A stretch of DNA of 64,000 bases, taken from contig ML978133.1 of assembly GCA_010015805.1 (NCBI GenBank), positions 248,001-312,000 of the forward strand. The letters are read 5' to 3'. Under the pieces are notes generated by a model, which was given only the letters and a program-made list of their open reading frames with translations, was not told the DNA's origin and ran no database searches. The translations under genes and the position numbers were made by a program. Positions 12,157-24,831 of the stretch are shown here, one piece after another (position 1 is the first letter of the stretch; each line of letters begins with the position of its first letter). The DNA comes from Rhizodiscina lignyota. Taxonomy: Eukaryota.

Positions 12157-13426
12157 CTTGAAGAGACGAGAATGAAAAATTTGACTTGTTTCTGAGGGCT
12201 CCCAAAAGTAAGGATCTGGAAACTAGATTTCCGGGAGGCTGGGTAAGAAATAGAGAGAAGTCATGTCAATAAGAACTAAGGCATACCTACCCCTCCCATC
12301 GGACTTTTCACCGCGTTGGAAGCATACAATCGCATATCAATCGTCTGGGGTAGATGAAGCTCAGACCAACCTAAGTTCCCTGGTTGATGGGTTGCGTCCA
12401 AACGCGCGCTCCAGTCCGCGTGCCTGCACCCCCGCAAATCCTGGTGAAGGAACCTAACTCCCCGCTACTCTACCCCATGGGGCAGCAGCGATGTGCAGCA
12501 AATCCTTTCCTCATTACGATCCAGACCCGGAGGACAACAAGCCGCGGGAATGGTCGGGCAGCGCTATATAAAATCCGCCGTTCTTTTGCGAGTAATGTGG
12601 CGTCCGCTGACTCCTCAAACGATCATAGCTTCATTCGGCAGTTCGTTGTCGTATTGTTTTAGCTTAAGCGTTTCCTGAGCATACCTATATGTACGGCGAC
12701 TTGGCACTTGGCGGTGGACTAAAACCAAGTTTTCTGGTTTGCCCGAGGCGAGGAGCAATCGTACTAAACGTTTATCAACTGAAGAGTGAGCCGAATTGAA
12801 CTCATTCGACGCATCAAATAGGCTTGCGGAGCATTGGCCGAGCATAGTTGCAATTATGACTGTTCGAGTACAATATAATGCAAGCGCATTCTACGTATTC
12901 GTAACGTCAGACTCATCAGAGAATCGCGAAGCCAGTTCACCTCGGTAGCCTGCAATCAATTCCTATCAATAACCGAAACAGCATTGATATCTTCGGAGAT
13001 ACCCCGAGGGCATGGCTCGTAAGATCCGTTGATCAGGTGAATCTCATATTTTGTGAAGTTTCTTTGTGCCGCTCACATGCAGCTTCGTCCGACCGTCGTG
13101 ATTTCATGGCGCCTAGTTGTTTCTAGATCTCGGCATTGAGCTTGTTTATTTGCTTGTTTCAACGCAGATTCTCGTACGAATTGTGGCATATCCGGGCAGG
13201 CGTTCCACAGGCGGCTATAGACCGAGATTGGGCTATCATGTGGCATACAATGCGGCTGCTTGTACAACGCCATCAACTGTGACAGTGATGGCGGCAAGAG
13301 ACCGTAGGTGAATACTGTTAACTCCAGGCAGATGCTAGATCGCAGACTACGGAATACTTAAGTATCGAAGTAGCAGCTGCAGGCCGATATCTCATGATGG
13401 CCAGTATTAGTGAGCGGTCACGTTCA

Positions 13427-14008
13427 ATGCCAAAGGCAGCGCGAAGTTCTAAAGACATGCAGAATCGAACCGACCAGCAAGCTGTCAGGAGCATCGACGA
13501 TGCCACTCCCCGCTCCCAAGGCCTTTTCCACGATCCAGTTCAACAGAAACAACCACCGAAAAGGCGTAAGAAGAAGTTCCACATTGCGCGCCTGCCTCAA
13601 AGGGTTCGACGGCGCATCTATGAACTGGCCCTGGTGGAGGTGCTCCCTATCAGGTCGATGTACGACTTCAAGAAAGGGCATAAATCGCACTGGGCTCTAG
13701 CCTTCTTGCATACGTAAGTTCCTGGTCCAACTGGCAACTCGAGCTTTACTGAATAGCTCCGCTGTTGTAGATGCCGAGAATTTCGCTCTGCGGGAACCGA
13801 CATACTTTTCAGCGGGGGGTTCTCAGTCTGGTTCTTTGTTGTGGCCACCCAGGGACAGAGGATGAACCTTCCGCTCGCGATAATGCCAAAGAACTGTCAA
13901 TATCTCTTTGGCCAGGATGACACAGGAACCTTGTATCCGAGGAGAGCACAACGTTCGCGGGACGGCCGGATATCTCTCCCTTTTCGAATTCCTAGCCAGG
14001 GTCGATAG
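13427..14008 (+). CDS. Hypothetical protein with F-box-like 'LP..VRRRIYELAL' and 'LHTCREF' motifs, 2 exons (13427-13713, 13771-14008); start could be 13394
   Basis: GTAAGT donor at 13714 and TAG acceptor at 13768-13770 join HT|CREFRSAGTDILF in frame; stop TAG 14006-14008. Confidence 0.55.
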
Positions 14009-14013
14009 GCTCT

Positions 14014-15441
14014 TCAACTTCCTCTTCCGCGTCCTCCTCGTCCTCGGCCTCGTCCTCGGCCACCCCGCCCACCTCTTCCGCCCTTTCCGCCTCGTCCTCT
14101 TGGCGCGCTATATATCTTTTCTAGACCGAATCCAGCATCGCTGAGTCGAATGTAACTGGTAATGCCTTCATCAATAACAGCAAGGATCACCCTCCGATAT
14201 CCCTGCTTCAACTTCGGATACAAATGACTCTCCTTCCTCGGCGGGTCATATGGGACTTTGGACATCAAGTCTTCGATTTGACAGAGCGTGGGCACAGAGG
14301 TCGATCGAGCCGGCATCACAACGACGTAGAAATCCGGAGGTGGAGGAGCACGTTTGGTGTACGGCGTGGAAGCTTTGAAAACGTGATATGTAATATCCAA
14401 AGGAGCACTGCCATCTTGCAATTCTTCATGATTATCTTTTGCGGTAGTCTCGGAGGTGTCATTGATCGTAGGAATTGATTTCGCAGGGTTATGGAAAGGT
14501 ATGAGGGAGAGGAGGCGGTAGATGTCACCTATGAACTGTCAAAATTGCTCTCCAGTGCTTAATGATTCAGGGATTATACTGTAACTTCTGTATAGTCCTG
14601 GAGTTACAAGGGGACCGGTGGCCATTCTATTCTGAGGATGAGACGGCTCCATGTTTGTAACCAGTTGCCAGAAAGCCGCAAAGGCACGTGCAATAAGATC
14701 ACTGCTTGTGGTTTCTTTGTCAACCTCTGCCACATGCACGTTGTCTATTGTAGCCGCAGATGACGGCCGTATAACAGTGTATCCCGCTCTCTTTAGTCCA
14801 GCGTAGACAGTATACTCTTCGAGGGTCAGTCCACCAGGCTCGCTCATGCCTACGAACGCGGCATATGCTCCTTGCAGGCTCATGGGTATTCCTGGTTCAT
14901 CAAAAGCTTCTGTTGGTGTCTCGTCAGACGCAGTCGACGTGCTGGCTGGCCATCTAATGTCAAGGTTGCCTCGCTCGAGCAGATACAGCGCTTCCTCTGG
15001 ACGAAGCCAGAGAGCACCATCCTGCCTAGGCTCTGCCTTTCCCCCGGGATTGTTTAGACCGATATCAGCCTCATAATTGCCAGTTCTCTTCTTCCATATG
15101 CCAACGGTGTTGAACATGACTCCCTTAGCCTTCTCCACCCATGCGCCATTCTCCTCCGGATCGAAGGTAGCTACGACATGTCCCTTCGCGTTGTGGAATC
15201 TCGTGTGGTTCAAGGCATCATGCATAGCCTGCCTCGAGGCTTCGAGAGTAGAAGCTTGTAGCTTCGTGGCATTGGCTTCGAAGTCCTTCTCACCGCGCTT
15301 TGGGAGCTTCTGGTGAGTATCGAGTATGACGGAAGACGAAAGCGCAGTGAGGAACCGGAAGTCTTGCGTTTCCTCGGAGAGGTCATTGTCTTGAGCATCT
15401 GATGAGGCAATTAGAGGATTATCTTCGTCCAGGTCGGCCAT
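14014..15441 (-). CDS. SEN54: tRNA-splicing endonuclease subunit Sen54, 2 exons
   Basis: MADLDED, DLSEETQDFRFL, LPKRGEKDFE, LWLRPEEALYLLERG, YTVYAGLKRAGY, LKQGYRRVILAVIDEGITSYIR; RGG tail. Confidence 0.92.
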
Positions 15442-17125
15442 TGTTAATGTGATAGCCCGCATGTTCAGGTCATCGATGAAGATTAAAATGTGGCCGAGTC
15501 GTGACGCTAGCCTACCCTGGTTCCTTGCGAGTCATGCAGCTCAGAGCGCGAACGAACAACTTCGCCACCTCAAGCAGAGCTCTCTGAATATTGATACGTC
15601 AAGCACGTCTTCTTTATCATGGAGGACTTTTGTATATACTGTAGTCCAGCTCAAGTCAGTATCGCAGAAATTGATAGCGATTTCACTTGACTTCTCTTCA
15701 ATCATCAATCATATATGCTATGCTATCTAGGTATGGCCATGAGCCGAGCTATGCCAACCAATATGAGAGCCATCTCATCTCACTTCACAAACGGTCAGAC
15801 GTTGTAATATCCATGAAGACTATCAATACTTTCTCAAGTTAGTTTGTTTCACAACAGCGCTGTCAATCAATGTTGCATGGCCAGCCAATGCTGTACAACC
15901 CTTCCCCACGCCCGGAGGGCATGTCAGAATATGTACCAGGTAGCATCTCGGCGTCAATCCTACCTCATTCTGCTTCCGGGACTTGCTGCCTAGTTGGCAG
16001 TATCTCGCAGAGTCGCATGGACTTGAATCAAGGCATCGTATACAGGGGAACAAGTTTCAGCGATGCAGTCTTCTTTCTCCCTCGTCACCTCTTGCATCCA
16101 TGTCCATGCTCGTCAGTTCATATCCAACTCTTTCGAGGGTCGTATGGGGAGGAGATAAGACTCCACTAATAAATGGCACCTGATGCGTCCCGAATGTAGC
16201 TTTGAAGGACAGATATGGTGGTTTGAGGCAACTGGTACTCTTTGAGGACCATTCGCCACAATTCAGGCAGGGGGCAACTACACCTACCTGGTAACCTAGC
16301 CCTAGCGAATTGTGCGCCCCTCCCTGAAAGGACACTGGAGGCGAATGTGAATTTCCCAACCTCTACATCGACCGCGTGGATGTCGTACGACGTGGGCGTA
16401 GGACTTGGACGTTTGGTTCGAGCCGCGGCTGGAGATGGCAGAGCCACAACATGCGAAGAAATCTGCTTTTGAGTTACAGTGAGTGCATTTATGCATCTTC
16501 CCGTTCAGCCTTGCTGTCCTTCAGCTGGACTCGCCTACTCTACCCAACTACGCAGCTCCACGGTAGACTGCTGCTGGCACGTTATGATGAGAATTCAATC
16601 GGAAAACGTAGGAGCGCCGAGTCTGGCTGCGAGAAAACAATATGTTACATATTGCCCAAAGCACGGGTACTAGGGATTCAGAGACGAAGAAAGAGGCGAT
16701 ATGAAGATGCTTTTTATTCAGACGACATCATTTTACAGTACTTCAGTTACTTATCGTATCTCGTGACATTCTCCAGTCATTAGCGGTGTCCCTTCAAATA
16801 TTCCGTGACCAATCCCAGTACAGTATATCGTACAAGTATCCCAGCATAAACAGCTCCGGCGAGCTGTGTGGCAAATGAACCGAGCTAGCGCCATGGGTTT
16901 TTCAGTCTATATTTTGTACACCGCGTACCATATACCAAATCGCGTCGTCCTGAAATGTCCTGCTCGCTAAACCCGCGTACAGCATGATGCCCAACCCTCG
17001 TGGCATCCAAACGGGTATCAAAGATAGTCGTGAAGATCGTAGCCGGTCGTAGAGTGAAACTTGGTATATCTTTATGCAATTTTGCGCCTATGAGGTAGTT
17101 GCCGTGAGCGTGATTGGTCGACCAA

Positions 17126-17368
17126 TCAGCCCTTCTTTCCGAGAGTGAATCGCCTCAGTCCTGTCTTGGGCGATGTTGGCGTCGTCGTCGACGAGGAGAG
17201 ATCGCGGTCTGAAGCATTGGTGGGGCTCGAGGTGCCGCTGCCGGAGCCGCTCGATTGCGAATCTGATCTCTCGCGAGTTTCTCTGAGGATATCTTCAAGA
17301 CTGACATTGCGCTCCGAGTAGGAAGGCGTGACGGTGGTGTCGAGCATTTCTGTGAATTTGCCAGGCAT
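17126..17368 (-). CDS. Small Ser/Thr-rich hypothetical protein (80 aa)
   Basis: Strong start context (caaaATG), coherent composition (MPGKFTEMLD...SLEDIL...RRFTLGKKG), flanked by long UTR-like regions. Confidence 0.55.
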   Translation of the reverse strand: MPGKFTEMLDTTVTPSYSERNVSLEDILRETRERSDSQSSGSGSGTSSPTNASDRDLSSSTTTPTSPKTGLRRFTLGKKG

Positions 17369-19057
17369 TTTGACGGTGCAATGATATGTGAGAGGACAGG
17401 TCCAAGAGGTGACGAGAGGATGTGGAGGAATTCGGCCGGTTTTGATAGTGCTGCGGCGCGGTCTCAGAGGTCACGCGAATCGCCGCGTCGTCAGCTGTAT
17501 TCGTGGATGGAAGGCAACGAGAGTACAGAGGACGACGACGACAACGACGGAGAAAACGACTGAATTTGAACACACAAAGGATTCACAGCCTCTGACTCGA
17601 GATAGATCTAGACCGCAGGCATGAAATTGCACTGCTTTCAGAGTTTTCCCAACGTCAACGGGGGTCATGCTCCCTTTTGAGTGCATGAGCGGCACGCAGA
17701 CAGGTGACAGTCTTCTCGATCGTGTCGCCCCTCTGCCAATCCTTCTGGCTGCAAGCCACACCCGTCAAGGTTCGGCGTGGGCTGCCATGCGAGCCGTCGC
17801 ACGGCAGAAACGGCTGCGAAGAGCGCTGGGGTGGCACTGGCACTGGAAGAAGTTGGGGACGGGGTGGGTGGGCGCAGCAGTTTCACCGTGCCCCCCGCTC
17901 GCATCCGCGGCGAGATCTTCCTCCAGACGGGAGCCAGCAGCGGAGCTGGAGTCGAGCAACGGCCATACATGTCGTCGTACGCCTACAGATCTTGCCGCGC
18001 AAGAACGAGTGGTGTCTCAGAGTGCGCAGCGAACAGGCACGCGAACTTGCTGCAATGTGTCTGTCAGGTGCCGTTCCTGGCATCTCTGGCGTCGTCTCAA
18101 TGACGCACCCGGCACCGATCCGCACGCGCTACGGCCGAACAGGGCAAGAATTCGAGCGCGCCGAGGGCAGGAATAGACGCGGCCTTCCACGCCGATCTCA
18201 GGGTCCGAGTCTCGATCTTCGCGAGCCACGAGAGCAGTGGAGCACCGACGTGAAAGGCAGGATCGGCGGCGGCGTCTCTCGCTTGACAAAGTTAGCAACA
18301 GCCATGCGACCCCCTGTCACCTTTTTATGCCCGAATTCATTTCCGGCCTCTGTTCTGGCGCCATTGCGGCGTATCGATATCAGCCCGTTTGGTGAAATGC
18401 TGAACACTTTTCTCAACGCCTTGACGCGGGACGATCACTCCTTGAAAGGCAGTGCGTGATACATGGTGGAATTTATATCCAGCACGCCATTGGAGTCGTT
18501 ATATCGGCTTCATGGCACTTCTCCCTATTTGCGGGCTTCAAGTCAGGCGCCTCTATATATTTGCTAGAGTGCCTGTACCTGGCACGTCATTTCGCAGTAA
18601 GAAGTTCTTTAGCCTCTACTTGCCTCAGGAGGTACCTCAGTAACTTTGCACCGCGACCCAGTCTGTGGAAGCGTGCGGATCAGACAATTTGTCACCTCTC
18701 AGCGCGGGTCCAAGGTGCATTTGCAATCGCATCCTCTTCTAAAAATGCGATTGCATCTCCATCCTTTCAGTCTGCTGGCCCCTTCACGACTGCGTGTGCG
18801 CGAGTGCGTCTGTCCAGAGTGGTCAGAACCATAGCAACCCTTATATAGATCATATTTGATTTCGTTTGATCATCTGCCGCTCATATCTGTGCCTTTTCGC
18901 CGTGGGCATCTTGTCAGCACCTTATTTTAAACTCCATTGATCCAATTCCATCATGATGCATCTGTCAGATTTCGGTTAAGGGACCGAAACGCGTCGACTG
19001 TCTCCGACTCTCCGTTGACACGGCATGTGCATTGGAGCTCGAATATTAGATCCGACT

Positions 19058-20867
19058 CTACCATCGCCCACCTCTTCCCCTGCCTCTACCTCTTCCGCCG
19101 GGGAAGCCGCCCCTGAAGCCACGTCCACCACCTCGTCCTCTTCCGCCGCCTCTCCAACCTCCACGTCCACCGCGGCTAAAGGTGGATGTACTGGGCGCAG
19201 GACCGTTTGCCATCCTCTGCAGAGCTTCTTCTTCGCTGATGTTGAACGGATTTGGGATTTCAAGTATGTCGCAATATTGCTTCGTCTGTGGGTTCGCATA
19301 CTCTCTTGGCTGATCTCGCACATTTCTCCAGTCGCCCTGTGACGAATCCCATGCGGGCGCCGTCTGCTCGAAATTCAGAGGAATTACCATTTTGTCTTGC
19401 TTGACAAGGTGCTCGTCCACCCACTCCTCTTCAGTCTCGATCAGCGGACCGTAGAAAGCTTCCCCCTTGTTAGGTGGTGTAGCTGCAGCCGCATTGCCGA
19501 AAGTCCGATATGCAGGAGAGCTGTGAGCCTTTTCAAGAGCTCGTGTGATTGCTAACCATTCAGGGTCGTACTCGAGGCGCAGAGGCAAGACCTCGCTTAT
19601 TACCGTAGATGACGGGATTTCAAGGAGCTGGAGAAAATCGCGATGCTGGAGGCATTTGTCGAGAGCGAGGAAATTAGTGGTCTTGTTTTTGATGTCAGAT
19701 GGAAAAGGTAGAGAAGCAGGTTGTACTGGTCGTGAGAATGCAGCTGGAAGCTCAGCTCGGAGATCGGAGGAAATCTTGGAGTCGCCATTCTGGCTGGCTT
19801 GCGTTTCATCGGGCTTATTTTCAACAACGTCTTCGTCGTCAAGATCCAAATTGATCTCATCTCTATTGGGCTGAGGCTCGCGCTTCTCCTCCTTGGCATT
19901 GACAGTAGCATCGTCGTCCATATCAAGATCAATTTCCTCGGCATTTTGGGGGACTCCAGAAGTCAATGTTTCTGTTTGCTTTGTTGAATCGCGAGTCGGC
20001 TGCAGATCATCTGTGTTGCTGTTCGAGTGGTGAATGGTTGCCGCATACTTGACGTGGTGGTGCGCGCTGAACCAATGCATAGGTCTGAGCCTATTCATCA
20101 CCTGTCTCGCTGCTTCGTTATTTAATCGTCCGGATTGTGCATCCTGCAAGAGGCCATCCTTCCTCTTGAACAACCACTTGTGGTCGCCCTTCCACTCTAC
20201 GCCTTTCGGCCAATCGTGGCTGAGGCCGATGTCAACCTGCGTACGTATCTGTAGCAGTTTCCGCGTGTCCAGCTCTCGCACGTGATAGATACTCTTCACA
20301 TCGTCGTCGTTGTAGGGAAGTCGCTCGTGGTGGGGCTTATTGTAGTCGAAGCCCTTCCATATTCCACTCAAACCTGCTATCCTCAGACCACCCAGCCGCA
20401 ACACATTTGCCGCGCCGAGGTAGTATATGTTCGGTGCCACCCAGCCGCCATGGTATAGCTCGAAGAGGTAGTTCGAGGCTTCGTGGTTACCGCCAATGAA
20501 GATTGTCAGGTAAGGAGCAGTCCTTGCGCCAGAGTAATACTCGTAGAAGTCGGCGAGTTCGCGGTACTTTACGGGGACGGACATGCAATTGAGGTCATGT
20601 GGGTTTCGAACTGCCTGATTGTGTTAGTCAATCTATTCCTAATTGTCCGTCTCAGACTTACCTGAAAGTCTCCTCCAATGATCAAGAGGTCGATGCCAGG
20701 CCAGCCTTTGAGCTTGCAAGACTCGGCGATTGAGGAGTAGATTGAGTGTAACGTGCCATGTCCCTGTTTCTCATGAGCTTCGGTGTAGCAACTTGTAAAT
20801 ATATGAAACTTACACAGCCTTCAACAGCTATACGGACTGGCCTCGAACTGCTGGCCTCGGATGCCAT
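19058..20867 (-). CDS. DBR1: RNA lariat debranching enzyme, multi-exon
   Basis: VRIAVEGC|GHG, DLLIIGGDFQ, IFIGGNHEASNYL, IAGLSGIWK, LSHDWP, WFSAHHHVKY, FLALDKCL, YDPEWLAI, NPQT; RGG tail. Confidence 0.95.
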
Positions 20868-21047
20868 TGTGGAATATCGCAAGGTCACACAATCATATCT
20901 TTGAAAAGGACGACTGTGAGCAAGCTTTGTGGGGAAACTTGAGCCGTTGAAGCTGCATGCTGTGAGACATGTATGGAAAGAGCAAGTGTTGGAACCTAAA
21001 AGTAGCAGAATGTGCAGCGCTGGAAGGTGCGCGTGAAGTCGCGTCAA

Positions 21048-21060
21048 AACCCTAACCCTA
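21048..21060. promoter_or_regulatory. AACCCTAACCCTA (two telomere-type repeats; candidate Tbf1-like site) in the DBR1/RPP21 divergent promoter
   Basis: Sequence gcgtcaaAACCCTAACCCTAtaaaa, running into a TATA-like element. Confidence 0.4.
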
Positions 21061-21172
21061 TAAAATTATCTACACCTGCACTCAGGGAAGTGCTATGTGG
21101 CGTCGCAACCTATAACTCTCCGTCCCATCGATGCTCTCGACTTCGACGCCTGCCTCAAGCCATGGCACAAAG

Positions 21173-21856
21173 ATGCCATCAAAGGTCGAGGCTAAGCTCA
21201 ATGAAACCCGCTTGAGCTTTCTGCGCGCTTCAGCCGATCACCTCGCCTTCACCGCACCGACGACGTCTGCATTCTTCAACTCGCAAGCTTCTCGCATTGT
21301 TTCTCGGACCGGAGAAACGACGAAGGCCAAAAGGGAGCGCGTAGTTGACCTCAGGCCAGTTTGCGATTCTTGTGGGAACTTCCTCATTTCAGGACTTTCG
21401 TCAACTTCATCCATTGAGAGGAGCCGTGCTCACGAACGGAAGCAACGAAACTCAACGAACACAAACACAGCTTCTCGTCCAACCAAGTCTAGAGTAAAGC
21501 ATCAAGTTATTCAATGCCAACGATGCAACTCGACGACGCGGTTACTCATTCAATCCCCGATATCGAAGAACCTCGGTGCCACTAGTAAGACCGACTCGAG
21601 TACGGCTAAGTTGCCCCCTTCGACAGTCACAGGTCAGGAGACGAAAGGCGTGACTACAAACTCTGGAAACATTAGCAATAATGCTCAAGCCACCGATGTC
21701 GAATCCCAGCCAATGAAGCAGAAAAACTCTGCCAAGGCGAGAGCCAAAGCGAGGAAGCAAGGCGGACTCCAAGCTCAGCTTGAGAAAAGCAAGAAAACTA
21801 CCTCTGGCTCAAGCGGACGAGAGCTTGATCTAATGGATTTCATGAGTGGTGGCTGA
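21173..21856 (+). CDS. RNase P/MRP subunit of the Rpr2/Rpp21/Snm1 family (start could be 21131)
   Basis: RLSFLRASADHL..TAPTTSAF, CDSCGNFLI and CQRC zinc ligands, basic tail KARAKARKQGGLQA..LDLMDFM. Confidence 0.8.
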   Translation: MPSKVEAKLNETRLSFLRASADHLAFTAPTTSAFFNSQASRIVSRTGETTKAKRERVVDLRPVCDSCGNFLISGLSSTSSIERSRAHERKQRNSTNTNTASRPTKSRVKHQVIQCQRCNSTTRLLIQSPISKNLGATSKTDSSTAKLPPSTVTGQETKGVTTNSGNISNNAQATDVESQPMKQKNSAKARAKARKQGGLQAQLEKSKKTTSGSSGRELDLMDFMSGG

Positions 21857-22718
21857 GGAGCCGTTTTCTTGCTGACAGTGCTGCGGCTTCATGGTTCGTC
21901 GACAGTGGAGGCGCTCGCTACCACATCTAGACATTCGTCTCTCTATGCCAAGCAGTCAAAGCATCCTCACGACAAAAGAGTGCATCTACTCACATGTTTA
22001 TGCCCAGGCCGGAGTTTGGTCACATTTCCCGCCGTTGGCATTAGGGGCCGTCCTCACGTCCAGACAGCGTCAGCTTCGTCAAGCGAAGCCATGGACCGTC
22101 GGACTAACCATATGACTTTGCTATGCTGAAACGAGGTTACCAATCGTAGCTCGGTTGAGATTCAGTAACTACATGTATGCAAGACAACTGACTAGCATCA
22201 TTTGGGGCAAGTTTGGGCGAGTGGTTTTGGACTCATCGATGTCTGAGACATCAAATTCAAATATCGCATGCAACAGGGCTCATCATCCACTCTCAGTGAC
22301 TGGATTTACTCTTAGACACGTTGTAGCAATGCGTTCTGCATGAATTGACGAAGAAGATGCGGCCACGGAGCCTCTATTTGTCAGTTCATCTGTCTTAGGA
22401 GTATCAGGATGGTGGTGACTCGAGTACAGGCTTGTGGCTTGCTGTGGCTTGCTGTGGCTTGAGCTTGTTATCGATAACAAAATTTTGGAGGATTTTTGCG
22501 TGGGGCGGGATTGACATCACCCAACTAGAATGTGGAAGCCGCGAGAAGGCCCTGGTGTCGACTCACAACCTCCTTCGCATGGCACCGGCATATTTCGCTC
22601 TGAGTCTAATTGCTCGTGCGTATATACTCTTCAATCAAATTCTTAAGAGCGCATAAATCACAATCACGTCGAACCGCTATTAGTCGAAGAATATCGCGCA
22701 TTCCACTCCATCTACACC

Positions 22719-24292
22719 ATGGCCGCACCACAGCGAAGCCTCGCTCAAGACCTCTTTGAGGATATGGGCCGTAAGGTTGCTGAGGCAAGCAAATCTAGTT
22801 TTGAAGAAGATGACGAGAACTCTAAGCTCGTGGAAGAGATCGAGTCTCTGTGCATGAACTGCCATGAACAAGTAAGCTATAATTATTTTCTAAGATGAAT
22901 TCGACGGGCGACTGCTAATATATACACTTGTCCTAGGGCACTACGCGCCTCCTCCTGACTCGTATTCCTTTCTTCAGAGAAATCGTCATCATGTCCTTCT
23001 CCTGTCCTCATTGTGGCTTTCAAAACTCCGAAGTCCAGCCCGCAGGGACCATACAAGAGCGCGGGACAAAGTTCACTCTGAAGGTGGAGAGTGCAGATGA
23101 TTTGAACCGGCAGATTATAAAGAGCGATACTTGCACATTCCGGATCGAAGATATCGATCTTGAGATACCACCTGGGAGAGGGCAACTCACGAACGTCGAG
23201 GGTATCCTTACGATGATCGCCACGGATTTACAGAGCAAGCAGGACGAGCGGAAGGAGAAGATACCGGAAGTATGGGCACAGCTTGAAACGGTCATCAAGA
23301 CCGTCCAAGACATGGCTTCCGGCGCGAAGCTGCCATTCACAACCACGCTCGATGACCCGGCCGGTAACTCTTGGATCCAATTCTCCGCAAACGATTCTAC
23401 TACGAAATACTTCAGACACGAATACCCTCGCAGCCCGGCACAAAATGAAGCTTTAGGCCTCGGAGATGGCTCTGCTACAGAAACTGCAGAGACCGGCCCT
23501 AGTGGCGAGGCGCCCGGGACGCAGACGCGCCCAGAGTATCATGCATCACACATGTACCCTGCGATGCCTGCAGAACAAAATGTCAACAATGTGGACGATG
23601 ATGAAGACATTGTTGAAAATCAAGTGTACAGCTTCCCGGCTCAATGTCCAGGATGCACCAAGCCGTGCGCCACCAACATGAAGATGGTGCGGATACCACA
23701 TTTCAAGGAGGTTATCATAATGAGCACTGTTTGCGACCATTGTGGCTATCGGAACAATGAAGTCAAAACAGGGGGTGAAGTCCCCGAACTCGGCCGTCGC
23801 ATCACCCTACGTGTCGAAAGACCAGAGGATCTATCCCGCGATATCTTAAAATCCGAAACATGTGGTCTCTATTGCCCCGAGATCAAGTTGTCCGTCGAAC
23901 CGGGTACGCTTGGAGGCCGGTTCACAACCGTCGAGGGCCTACTCAGGCAGATCCGTGACGACCTGCACAACAACATCTTCTCCGATGACGATGCTGGCGG
24001 AGGAGATAGCATGAACGCTGATGAAAGAGAACGGTGGAACTCGTTCTTTTCCGATGTCGACAGTGCGATCGAGGGGAAGGAGAAGTTCACGCTGGTGCTG
24101 GAGGACCCTTTCGCAGCGAGCTACGTGCAAAGCTACGCGGATGAAGGAGCAGACGAGCAGCTCACAGTTGAAGATTACGAGAGAACCGAACAAGAAGAGG
24201 AGGAGTTGGGCTTGAAGGATATTAAAACCGACCATTACGAGGAAAACAAGAAGGATGCAGGAGAAACAAAGGAAGAGTCCGGCGAGAGGTGA
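22719..24292 (+). CDS. ZPR1: Zinc finger protein ZPR1 (eEF1A chaperone), 2 exons
   Basis: EIESLCMNCHEQ|GTTRLLLTRIPFFREI, SFSCPHCGFQN, second finger CPGC...CDHCGYRNNEVKTGG, GTLGGRFTTVEGLL. Confidence 0.96.
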
Positions 24293-24831
24293 CACCAATT
24301 ATTAGACATGGATAGAGCAGAGTCGTGAGACAGCCACCAGGACATTTGGAGGCGATAATGTCTCAGAATGTATTTGACACTGTCAGTCTGGACAGCATTT
24401 TATGTCCTGACGAATGCAAATTTTGAGAACAGCATAACTTTGATATTCTCTAATCTCTTGTGTAGGATATTTAACGCTGTTTATGTGTCAATGAGACCGA
24501 TTTCCGTAAGGACCGGCCGTTAGTTGCAGTTGGTTGATATCGCTGCCCAGTGGCAAGGGAGTGCAACACCATGCATGAATCCTCCCACCCCATCCCGCGC
24601 CTGGACCGGCCTCTCCGTATCATATTTATGTCCCCGCCCTTTGCCAAGCGGAACTGAAATAACATTCGTTCTTCAATAGTTTCAAGTAACAGTCATTCAA
24701 CTTCTCTCAATTGAAAGTCAAGATGCGAAGAAATAGTCGGGATATGATTTCAAGCGTGAACGCGAAGATCGCAGGCGGTTTGGGCCTGCGCCGGCGCGTG
24801 ACAGCCGACCTACAGGATCAAATGTATCAAC

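Noticed and set aside
15750..16800. Several 70-135 aa ORFs on both strands
   Set aside because: No recognisable motifs or coherent exon structure; treated as intergenic or UTR
17667..18459. Long + strand ORFs (169 and 251 aa) in a GC-rich tract
   Set aside because: Explained by stop-codon scarcity at high GC; no domain signal
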